Shown here in pieces: positions 1 through 9,869 of a stretch of 32,000 nucleotides of DNA (the first letter of the stretch is position 1; each line of letters opens with the position of its first letter). A model generated the notes under the pieces. It did no database searches. It was not told the DNA's origin and saw only the letters and a list, made by a program, of their open reading frames with translations. Source of the stretch: Wallemia ichthyophaga EXF-994 (taxonomy: Eukaryota > Fungi > Basidiomycota); assembly GCF_000400465.1 (NCBI RefSeq), contig NW_008806285.1:300001-332000 (forward strand). The letters are read 5' to 3'. The position numbers and the translations under genes were made by a program.

Positions 1-656
1 AACTGTCGGTCAAGTATACCAAAGCTGCTGTCTTACCAATGGTGTCTGACCTCAACGATGGTGTCTTCCTATTCAAATATCCTACTTTACATATCTGCTG
101 TTCCCTCAGCATTGCTGCTCATCCCATCTTTAACAGACAAGCATCTCTTCAATCGTGATGATGATTCGGAAATATGAGACAACCATGAGCTGTCACAACG
201 AGCATGCATTCATGAGATGGCATGCATTCCCGAAATGTATTCTTAGTAGCTACTCCACAAAGAACAGTGATCACCGATGATACGCTCTCTCTACGCGCTC
301 ATCCCGAAATCCACAATCACTATATCAATTTCACGCCATCTACAACGCACACAAATTCACAATCAAAATTCGAAAAGGGAGAATCAATGTGAACGTTACA
401 GTGACACTCTTTCTGCACGATCATTTCAAAATCCGCAATCGCCATACCAATGTCACGCAATCTCAATGCACACATTCTTGGGAAGAAGCAAATTCATTTG
501 AGAGCACAGGTATTATTTTATTTGCGCAAGAATTATCTAAGCAAGTCATAGTAAGCAATTAGTAAAATGAGAGCAAACCTTGGAAAGTTCTATGTCCTAT
601 AGAAGCGAAAAAGCAAATTAAAAAAGAGAGGAGGAATATAAGACTTCCTGAAAATC

Positions 657-2597
657 TTAAGCCTTCTTGGCTGCGTCTTCGTGCTGATCTGAAGCTTGAG
701 AGAACCTCTCACCATCCTCAAATCTCTTGTCGACGTTCTCGCCATTCTCATCATGATATGTATCAAGCTTGGCCGACTCCATGACATCCCTCCTATTTTC
801 ATAGCCAGGAGGTGTCCAAGCTCTGCTCTTCCATGGCTTCAAGCCATCGGTTGAGTACATTTCGTCTACTGCCTCAAGAGATAAACCGGCAGTCTCGTAG
901 AGGAAGAAGTATACGAAGACTGACGCAAATAAGTTACAGCCAGCGAAGACGTAACCATAGGCGAAGCCAATGTCACCAGTGATGAATGGTGAGAAGAACC
1001 CGATGAGGAAGTTCCATACCCAGTTTGATGCGGTGGCAATGGATGCTTGTCTGGCTCTGGTTCTCATTGGGAACGTTTCACCAGTGATAATCCAGCAGGC
1101 TGGACCCCAAGTAGTTGCGTAACTGGCAATGAACAAGCAAGCTGAGACAATCATGAGATTACCCATGCCCTCGTTCTGATCTGGTGGGCGAGCAACACCG
1201 ACGGAGGCAAAAATGAAGAGCCAAATCTAAAGAGAGATTAGCAATGGCTAATGGTATCTATAAACTACTCACGGCTGTAGAAAAGTCAGTAATATTCAGG
1301 GAGGAAGATTTTCATGACTTACATTGCCAAAGACCACCCCAGAAGAGAGGACGACGACGTCCAAAGTTCTCTAAGACGTAAAGTGATGCGAATGTGCAAA
1401 CGAAGTTGACGGCACCGAGAATGATTTGTGTGATGAACGAATCTGAGAGACCGACCGATTGGAAGATAGTGGCACCGTAGTAGAAGAAGTAGTTGGCACC
1501 AGTCAGCTGTTGCAGACTTTGCATCATCATACCAAGAAGCGTTCTGTAGACCAACTTCTTCGAGCCATGGTGACCAATGAAACACTCCACCCAGGACTGC
1601 CAGAATGGAGACTCAACTTGTCTTTCAATTTCAATACGGCCAGAAATCTCTAGGAAGTCGTGCTCGACAACGGTTCTTTCAAAGTCTGTCTCAGCACCTC
1701 TAATTCTCTCGAGCGCATGTCTTGCCTGTTCAGGCTTGTTGTTCTTCATCAACCAACGGGGAGATTCTAGCGCATCGTTAGTAAGGAAGGGTTGAAAACA
1801 TAAGTATTCACCTGGTAAGAGCCAGATACCACAACCGAGAGTGCAAGTTAACACGAAACCGAGACCGATAATGATTCTCCAACTCGCGGCGCTCTCTAAT
1901 TGACGAGTACCAATGCAGAAGCAGTATGACAGTAGAATACCGAAGGTGATTGCCAGTTGGTAACAAGCGACAGCCGTACCTGTTAAATGTGGTAAGATGA
2001 AGGCTTCCGTAGCTAGATGATAGTATTACCTCTGAAAGAGGCCACTACACACTCGGACATGTACATTGGTACAGCGGCGGACAACGCACCGACACCCAAA
2101 CCGGCAATAAGTCTACCGACAGCGACTTGCTGCCAGACAGTGAAGGCAGCCATTTGAACGATAAATCCAATGCTGACGACGATACACTCGATAGTCATAG
2201 CCCATCTTCTGCCGAGGTAGTCGGCAATAGGAGCACCAAAAAGAGCACCAGCAAGGGTACCGATGGAGAGCAAACTGACGATAAGACCCTTTCTGACTCT
2301 TGAAAAGTCCATATCACAGTTCAATCCGTTAGGATCACAGTTTGTACGAATGTCTGAGAACCGTTCGAGGAAGTCATCCATCAGGACGATGTCTGAGATC
2401 TGACCGGTATCGTAACTGTGGCAGTGTCAGCGGCTATGCACAAGTACAATAACTGTACGCACCCGAAGATCATCCCTCCGACGGAGCTGTGGGATTCGTC
2501 AGTTGGAGTGCGGAGACGGATGCGGGGCCTACGTTAAAATGGCAATGAAAATAGACACAATGCCCAGCGGTTGATTATTATACTTGATGTTGGTCAT
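657..2597 (-). CDS. Hexose transporter (MFS sugar porter family), paralog A; 7 exons
   Basis: Spliced model starts MTNIKYNNQPLGIVSIFIAILTSVGGMIFGYDTGQI. Introns at 2487-2532, 2416-2462, 1980-2029, 1767-1811, 1275-1322 and 1227-1272. Sugar-porter motifs DYLGRR, PESPRWL, QQLTGANYFFYYG, FGRRRPL, TWGPACWIITGETFP. Stop TAA at 657-659. Confidence 0.93.
1273..1274 (-). other. 2-nt micro-exon (CC) of hexose transporter A
   Basis: Minus strand reads CAA T|gtaagt..actgac..ctacag|CC|gtgagt..gctaat..tttag|ATT TGG. Including it gives WQSIWL, aligning to WQCVWL in paralog B. No other stop-free GT-AG solution was found. Confidence 0.75.
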
Positions 2598-2673
2598 TGT
2601 GGTTCTGGTTAAAGAGCAATTTGTCAGAATATTACAAGGAAAGCGCACATGCAATCCGTACCTGAGACGGCTG

Positions 2674-2681
2674 GTCACATG
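2674..2681. promoter_or_regulatory. RTCACRTG (Cbf1/bHLH-type E-box) upstream of transporter A
   Basis: GTCACATG lies 77 bp from the ATG, and a matching motif is at the same spacing in paralog B. Confidence 0.35.
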
Positions 2682-2803
2682 TCTGTTACGGAGCTACGGA
2701 GATCTATCCAAAATCTAGGTCCAACTAAATAAACTAATGTTAAAAAGTCTCATTATTTTTTTTGCGTTTTCTGGAACCCGCGGATCCACATTGATCTGCC
2801 CAT

Positions 2804-2815
2804 CTCCACCTCCAC
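2804..2815 (-). promoter_or_regulatory. Tandem SYGGRG (CreA/Mig1-type) glucose-repression sites, putative
   Basis: CTCCACCTCCAC equals two GTGGAG on the minus strand, about 210 bp upstream of a sugar transporter. The motif is short and could be chance. Confidence 0.25.
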
Positions 2816-3701
2816 AAGCTTAAGTGTCTGATAGCGGTATCTGACCGTATAGATAGCTTCTGATCTCTAAAAAAAGCTGGTCACAGTTTCGACCACGATC
2901 TCGTTCTCACTGGGCGTCATCAGATCCGTCGCTGTTTCAGATTGATTGACAGCGGACCGCTTCCGAAGTAACCTTACAAATCCAGTAACGTGACTTACGC
3001 TCACACCACCTCTTTAAAATCCATCATGTTATTTTGACTCAGCACTTTCGTCAAGAATCCGGAGGGTGTCAGGATGCGCTCTGATATGTGTCTAAGTTTG
3101 ACAAACTCTTCGACCTTTCCGATGAATTCTAGTGCGCTTGACTTGTCGTTAAAGGTTTTCACAAACAAGAATGGTAGATAGTATAAGCCATCGGGAAAGT
3201 ACTACCCACTACCCAATCCTGCACTCGCATCATCAGTATATCTCCAGACATTTTTTTCTTTTCAGGGCAACCCAACATCCTAGCATATAAAAGACTCAAA
3301 AAACCAAAACGTATGTAGTTTTCAAATATCCACAGACACGCACGTTCTCGTACTGCAAATCTAACGCTTCAAAATCGTTGTTTCACTCCAGTTGCAAGTT
3401 CAGTCTTCCTAAACACCTCAAGTCCAACGAAAAAAATTTCAATGAAATAAGTTTATTCGACATAATCTGAAAGTATTGATAGTACAAGAAGTGTATGGAT
3501 TTGCATGATAAAGTCTATTGAGATCTCATGATGGCAAATTGAAAGATGGAATCTGGCAAGTTAATAAGTAAGTGGTTGTTAGACATTGACGCAATCCTAA
3601 GAATGTTTTATCCTATAGAGATGAAATATTCCTTGAGAGTGAAAAGTGAATGAAAACGCGAAAAGAAAATCCTTTGCAGCTCATGCCTATTGAGCAGCAT
3701 C

Positions 3702-5512
3702 TTAGACCTTACGAGAAACATCTTGATGGCCTGATGTTTGAGAGACTCTCTCCTCATCATCATCGAATCTCTTTTCGCCATTGTCGGCATGATCCTTGTG
3801 GTACTGCTCAACCTTGCTTGTTTCCATGACTTCTCCTCTTGAACTGTAACCAGGGGGTGTCCATCCACCGCTTTGGTAAGCCTTCAAACCGTCGGTAGAG
3901 TACATCTCGTCGACTGCCTCAAGGGTCAAGCCGGCAGTCTCGTAGAGGAAGAAGAAGACGAAGAATGCTGCGAATAAGTTGCAACCAGCAAACACGTAAC
4001 CGTAACCGTATCCAATATCACCAGTGATGAATGGCGAAAAGAAGGAGATAAGGAAGTTCCACGTCCAATTTGAAGCAGTCGCGATGGCTGCTTGTCTGGC
4101 TCTGGTTCTCATTGGGAACGTTTCACCAGTAACAATCCAGCAGGCTGGACCCCAAGTAGTGGCGTAACTGGCAATGAACAAGCAAGCTGAAACGATCATG
4201 AGATCACCCATGCCCTCGTTCTGATCTGGTGGGCGAGCAACACCGACGGAAGCAAAAATGAGCAACCAAACACATTGCCAGAGACCACCAATGATGAGAG
4301 GCTTACGACGTCCAAAGTTTTCCAAGACGTAAAGTGATGCAAATGTGCAAACGAAGTTGACGACACCGAGGATGATTTGGGTGATGTAAGAATCTTCGAT
4401 ACCAACCGATTGGAAGATCGTGGCACCGTAGTAGAAGAAGTAGTTGGCACCAGTCAGCTGTTGCAGACTTTGAATAAACATACCAAGGAAAGTTCTGTAA
4501 ACCAACTTCTTAGTACCAGGATGGCCGGCGAAGCACTCCACCCATGATCTCCAGAATGGAGATTCGGTTTGTTGCTCCATCTTAATACGGCTGGCAATTT
4601 CAAGGAAATCATGATCGACGACTGTACTATCGAAGTCCGTGTTGACACCTCTGATTCTTTCAAGTGCACGTTTTGCTTCGTCAGGTTTGTTGGCTTTCAT
4701 GAGCCAGCGTGGTGATTCTGACATGATATCAGTATGAGTTAAGAAAGCCATTTAAGTATGCTCACCTGGAAGTAACCAGATACCACAACCAAGGATGAAG
4801 GTCAAAACCATACCAAGACCGACAATGATTCTCCAGCTGGCATCGCTATACAATTCACGGGTACCGTAGCAGAAACAGTATGCCAACAAGATACCAAAGG
4901 TGATGGCAAGTTGGTAGCAGGCGACAGCTGTACCTCTGAAGGCAGCAACGACGCACTCTGACATGTACATTGGTACCGCGGCAGAGAGGGCACCGACACC
5001 AAGACCAGCAATAAGTCTACCAACAGCGATTTGCTGCCAGACATGGAAGGCAGTGATTTGAACAATAAATCCGATAGTAGTGACGATGCACTCAATCGAC
5101 ATAGCCCATCTTCTACCCAGCTTGTCGGCAATTGGAGCACCTAAGAGAGCACCGCACAGGGTACCAATTGAGAGAAGACCGACAATAAGACCTTCTCTGA
5201 CTCTGGAGAATTCGTAGGTGGTGCAGTTCATTCCGTTGGCGTTGCAACCTTCGCGAATATCTGCGAAACGCTGGAGGAAGTCTTCCATGAGGAGCATGTC
5301 CGAGATTTGACCGGTATCATAACTAGAAGAGTCAGTGGCGACATCCTGGTCGTACAAGACCCTGTACACACCCAAAGATCATACCTCCGACGGAGCTGTA
5401 AGATTTGGTTAGCTGCGATATGCGGGGAGTGTGCGGGGGCCTACGTTAATAAAGCGATGAAGATTGTGACAATCCCCAGTGGCTGTCCATTTGCTTTAAA
5501 ATTTATAGCCAT
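3702..5512 (-). CDS. Hexose transporter (MFS sugar porter family), paralog B; 4 exons
   Basis: Starts MAINFKANGQPLGIVTIFIALLTSVGGMIFGYDTGQI. Introns at 5396-5444, 5323-5371 and 4718-4765. Same sugar-porter motifs as paralog A, with co-linear homology along its length. Confidence 0.95.
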
Positions 5513-5590
5513 CGTCGTAGTTGTTAAAGAAGAAGAACGAGCGATCGAAGTTTTACAAGAGGGGAATCCCAAATGCGGTACCTGAATTTG

Positions 5591-5598
5591 GTCACGTG
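5591..5598. promoter_or_regulatory. GTCACGTG (Cbf1/bHLH-type E-box) upstream of transporter B
   Basis: 79 bp from the ATG, within GTCAC-GTG-GTGAC. Position is conserved with paralog A. Confidence 0.35.
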
Positions 5599-6019
5599 GT
5601 GACTTGTCTCACGGAGTTCATCAAAATTGGTAACTAGATTCGACGGATTAGGAAGGAAGTCATTAAAAGCTCATTTACAAGCATCGGAATATCCTTATGC
5701 GTGGGCACTTGGGCGCACGCATCGCAGATACTTCCTTATTCGCGGGATTTTAGATGAGAGTCATGTGACGTCGTAGACCTTGCTACGTAAGCTGAATTAA
5801 CTGCAGAGCCTGAGGTAGATTCTAAGCGTTTATTTCCGCTGTTAATACAAGTCAATTATCTGTCACGTCCGCTAACATACCTTGCGAGGGACAAGTCGAA
5901 GATTCCGGTGAACTGTCGATATTTTCCAGTTTCTGGAATAATGCGTATTTATCAAATATTTTACTCGTACGCTCCCTGAACTCTGATATTTTCTGATCCA
6001 TGGACATGAACATCGGCAA

Positions 6020-6484
6020 ATGACATCAACATATGAGCTAGCACAATTCTTACGAGAAACTGGTCCAGAGCCATTGAGCAGCCCAAACAAATTACGTAAG
6101 ATGATCGATAAATATCGCTCCAAATCTTCCACGCAGCGGAGCACATTGCCGGCTATCCTTATCGATTACAAAGAATCCAGGGAAGAAAGTTTAGACGGGA
6201 GGGCCCCACGTGACACAAACATGTCGAATTCCACCCCTTTAAACCCCGCATCAAACCCCGCTAAATCTTTCCCCGCTGCCTCAAACATCACCCCAGTCAG
6301 TCTCACGCCATGCAATATAACAACGGCTTCGCACGACAAACTCGTGAACCTTGTGCACTGCGTTAACATAATCAAGAACGATCTGCTTAAGGAGCACAGT
6401 AGGCGGCTAGCAGCAGAGCAAAGGGCTTTGCGCGCTGAAGAACTTGCTAGGCTGGCACTGAATAGACTTTCTAGATATGAATGA
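6020..6484 (+). CDS. Hypothetical protein, 154 aa
   Basis: Uninterrupted ORF filling the gap between two genes. N-terminal YELAQFLRETGP segment, Ser/Pro-rich middle and a helical coiled-coil-like C-terminus (EHSRRLAAEQRALRAEELARLAL). No family recognised with certainty. Confidence 0.55.
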   Translation: MTSTYELAQFLRETGPEPLSSPNKLRKMIDKYRSKSSTQRSTLPAILIDYKESREESLDGRAPRDTNMSNSTPLNPASNPAKSFPAASNITPVSLTPCNITTASHDKLVNLVHCVNIIKNDLLKEHSRRLAAEQRALRAEELARLALNRLSRYE

Positions 6485-6676
6485 CTCTGTTAATACCCCG
6501 CTTGTATTAATACCACGAATCGCAATGCATTTAGCCTGATTATACGATATCTCTTCTAAGTTACTCAATCATCACAGGCCCGAACTCCGTGCACCAACCA
6601 GCACGGCCGTAAATAGTACAGCAGCGCTGAAGAAAGTGAAAATCATCCGAGTGCATTAATACAGCCTTTTGCTCTT

Positions 6677-8099
6677 ATGAACATCCAAAGATTGCCTCCT
6701 GAGCTGATACCCAATATCATCGAGCCACTTTCGGCCAACCCGAGGGACCTGCTGCCGGTGCTCACACTCAATAAGGAGTTCTCCCATGAAGCGTATAAGC
6801 AGCTGTATTCATTCGTCGCCCTCAGGCCATGGGAGCGACCCGACAAGCTGGTGGAGTTCTTCGACGCCATAAAGCACAACAGCGAGCTAGCGCACCTTGT
6901 GAAAAAGCTAGAGATACGATCCTTTCCCCGTCAGCTCAGCCACATCGAAAGAGTCCATCTCTACGACACATTGACGTCGTCACTCACCCATTTCACCAAT
7001 CTAGAGATCCTCAGCTGGACGCGAGCCATGACGCTCAGCACGGATATCCTATCAGTCGTTAGCACCTTACCTCGACTGTCAGAGCTGGAAATCAATTCCG
7101 GAAACGATATAAGATACGATGACATCTTCAAACCCACTCCAGCCCGATGGCGCACACTGCACACCCTGAAAGTTATCCTGCCTGATCGTAGCATAGCGCG
7201 CGCTTTGCGGCCATTTCTCCAGCAGCGTGGCCAGCAGCTGCGATCGCTGATGATATTGGCCAAAGAGAGCGGCGTGATTGACGATAAATACCTCAACAGC
7301 ATTGCGGGAAGCTTGACAAACCTCCATCAGCTCAGTCTTGGTGGATTGAAGCGCGTGACGGATAGATCTATCGTGAATATCCTCGTGCGGAACCCACACA
7401 TTACCTCACTGGCATTAGAATCGCTCAGCTTGACTAGCACTCACTGGGAAATTATTATGCCTTACCTCACACATCTCAGTGTGACATATAACTCTTCAGG
7501 CGTGCTGGATAAACTATTAGACGCTATTAGACCGAGCAAGTCGTTCAAGAGCTTCACTATATACTCGTCAGGGATGGACAGTCTGCCGTATCTGCCCGCG
7601 GAGTTTCTCGAGCGTTTGGTCAATATGCATTGCTATACATTGACGACACTTAGGGTAAGCGTATCTCTGCTTTGCCCGGATAGGACTAACAACATTTACA
7701 AACAGATACATCACGTCTTGGTTACTCAGGAGATGCTCACTAACGTATCCAACAAGTGCCCTCATCTCACCGAATTGGTGGTGCATCTCCCCATTGTAGA
7801 CACCGGCATTCTGATGAGCGAGTGTGCACCGAACTGGACCAGGCTTGAAAAGCTACATCTGCTGGGTGACTCCAGCACTGGTAAGGAGATACAGATGGAG
7901 CACCTCCTACCCTTCGTGGAGATATGCCAAAACCTCACACAAGTGGGATGGCGATCGCGGGTTTGGAAAGTTCACAGACATGGCCAGGATGTACGTCTAG
8001 ATCTGTACAAGCAGATTTATATTCCTAGCGTGTTTTCGGTGTGTACTGAGTACCCTACTAGACTTGTGACTCACGACACTCAAGGTTATTCGAACATGA
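6677..8099 (+). CDS. F-box / leucine-rich-repeat (RNI-like) protein
   Basis: N-terminal F-box-like LPPELIPNIIEPL..DLLPVLTLNKEF..EAYKQLY, then LxxLxL repeats (LTNLHQLSLGG, ITSLALES, LTELVV, LEKLHL). Introns at 7655-7705 (in-frame) and 8039-8084 give the C-terminus IPSVFSVIRT*. Confidence 0.75.
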
Positions 8100-8410
8100 G
8101 CTTGAGGAGGAGGATGAAGCCTTCGGTGCATGGAAGGATGAACACTGAGATAGCAATTTTGAACACAAGTTTTGCATATGCCCCTCACTGTACTATAAAG
8201 AATCATATATATATTCTAGGACATAGAATCGAAGATAAAGTTAATCATAATAATATACTTGTAATGTTCTCATTTTGAATGTCACTTGCTGAAAGACAAA
8301 GAAAACTTTCAATACACCAACCATAGATGGAGACCAGCTCTGCAAGGAATAAGGAGACCAGCTCCAATTAGCTTCTTTATGGCGCACACGACTTTTAAAC
8401 CCAATCACAA

Positions 8411-9777
8411 TCACACTTTACCTCCGTACATGTTAAAGTACTGACCCGGCTGTGGTCCCGGACCTGGCACCGGATAGGCAGTTTGTGGATGGGGCGAAGG
8501 AGTACCGCCATAAGGATGGAGGAGAGAAGCTTCGCTCTGCGCATGTGCCCAAGGAGGTTGAGGCGTCTGAGAGGAAGGAGGTGCTTCATTCGCGAATGGA
8601 TCTGCGTATGCATTGTCGCTATATCCAGCACCTGCTCCAGCATGTTCATCACTGTAATAGGCCATACCAGTGAGTGGATCAAAGTACTGCGGATGTGCTA
8701 CTCCACCGGCAGCTGCTGCTGCGTTTGGAGGCATAGGATAATCGCTATAAGGCGCGTATCCCATTGCACCCGGGCTGTTTGAACGCATTCCACCGATAGA
8801 GTGTGACGCGTTGGTTAGTGGCTCACCACCTAGACTCAAATCGTCATCTGTCTCGTTCGTTGGATGTGGGTTGCTGTAGCTGCTCTCCATCTCTATACCT
8901 GCACCACCGGTAGGGCGAGCAGGCAATGGCTGGAGTGCGGTTGCTGATGGTCCGTCTTCATCTCGCAATTGAGGCCATTTAATGTCGTCTGTTTCTGTGT
9001 CAGAATCTATCACCACTTAAGAACCCACTCACCACTGTTGTCCTCGTCGTCTTCGATATCTGCGTATCGTCTCTTCACACATCTCCAGATAACAAAGCCG
9101 GCGGCGGCTATCGCGGCAACACCTACGCCCACAGCGATACCAATGATACCACCTGTGCTCAAACCGTCTGATTCTTCACTCGATGCGTTGCCTGAGCCCG
9201 GCGAAGGCGTCTGCGTTACTGTCACCACATTTCCATTGTTTTTAGTTAAAAGGCTTGGTGATGGTGTTGAGCTGTTTTCACTCGCAGTCGACGCATTCGA
9301 GGCAGTGGACTGTGAAGAGGCAGTAGACTGCGATGAAGCAGAGGATTGTGATGAAGCAGAGGAGCGAGATGCGCTACTGCTGCTGCTGTTGGTATTATTG
9401 TCACTGCTGGTATTACCCTCAGACGGGCTAGAGTCGGTGCTACTATCGCCGCTATTTGATGAGCTACTGCTGCTGTCATTACTGCTGCTGCCACCATTAT
9501 CATTATTGTCGGTGCTGTTGTCGTTGTTGCTGTCTGAATTGTTATCGTTGTTGTTCGAATTATTGTGATTGTTGTTCGAATTATTGTCGCTGTTGTTCGA
9601 GCTACTCCCACCATTGCTGCTATCACCGTTGCTGCTATCACCGCCCGAACTATTATCGCTGTTATCCTGGCGTCTACTATTGTACAGAACAGGCAAAGGC
9701 GTCGGAGCTGCGAATGAGGATGCTGCTCCCACCGACAAGGATATCAATAATAGTCCTCCTAAGGTTTTTGGTTTCAT
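8411..9777 (-). CDS. Single-pass type I cell-surface protein, Ser/Asn/Asp-rich ectodomain (Mid2/Wsc-type sensor architecture)
   Basis: Signal peptide MKPKTLGGLLLISLSVGAASSFA, low-complexity S/N/D stalk, TM GGIIGIAVGVGVAAIAAAGFVIW then RCVKRR, and a Pro/Tyr-rich cytoplasmic tail. Intron from 9032 to 8989 (or 8995). An upstream in-frame alternative start exists at 9828. Confidence 0.8.
9299..9370. repeat. Degenerate 18-bp coding tandem repeat x4 (encodes S(A/T)ASSQ-type units)
   Basis: Units GAGGCAGTGGACTGTGAA, GAGGCAGTAGACTGCGAT, GAAGCAGAGGATTGTGAT, GAAGCAGAGGAGCGAGAT. Confidence 0.75.
9371..9670. repeat. Low-complexity trinucleotide-like tract (CTG/TTG/TTA-rich) encoding the Asn/Ser/Asp stalk
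   Basis: Runs such as ctgctgctg and gttgttgtt, recurrent TTGTTCGAATTATT and ccrttgctgctatca units. Confidence 0.7.
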
Positions 9778-9869
9778 TTGTGATTGCGGTGCAGGAGAAG
9801 GAGGTTGCGTGCCTCGCAAAGACCACAAAACTCAATGCTTGAAATAAGTTAAACATCCATTAAAATATA

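Noticed and set aside
1-140. Possible exon of a neighbouring gene at the left edge (open frames on both strands, one GTAAGA donor on the minus strand)
   Set aside because: No recognisable protein motif and no consistent splice model within the window.
155-260. GTGATGA box-C-like motif and the direct repeat GCATGCATTC x2 (202-211, 220-229)
   Set aside because: No downstream CTGA box D at snoRNA distance. The 10-bp repeat is too short to interpret.
277-501. 74-aa plus-strand ORF in an A/C-rich stretch
   Set aside because: No homology cue; composition fits a non-coding flank.
2951-2961. AGCGG-A-CCGCT inverted CGG pair (Zn2Cys6-type site) and a minus-strand GTAAG..CAG intron-like stretch around 2932-2998
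   Set aside because: Short motifs with no independent support; not conserved in paralog B's promoter.
8100-8278. ORF-track extension of the F-box protein to 8278
   Set aside because: A canonical 46-nt intron (8039-8084) gives an earlier, family-like end; the extension runs into AT-rich 3'UTR.
8969-9847. Long overlapping ORFs (8969-9568+, 9246-9641-, 9456-9842+, 9569-9847+), including a Cys-rich one
   Set aside because: These are shadow frames of the low-complexity trinucleotide tract of the surface protein.
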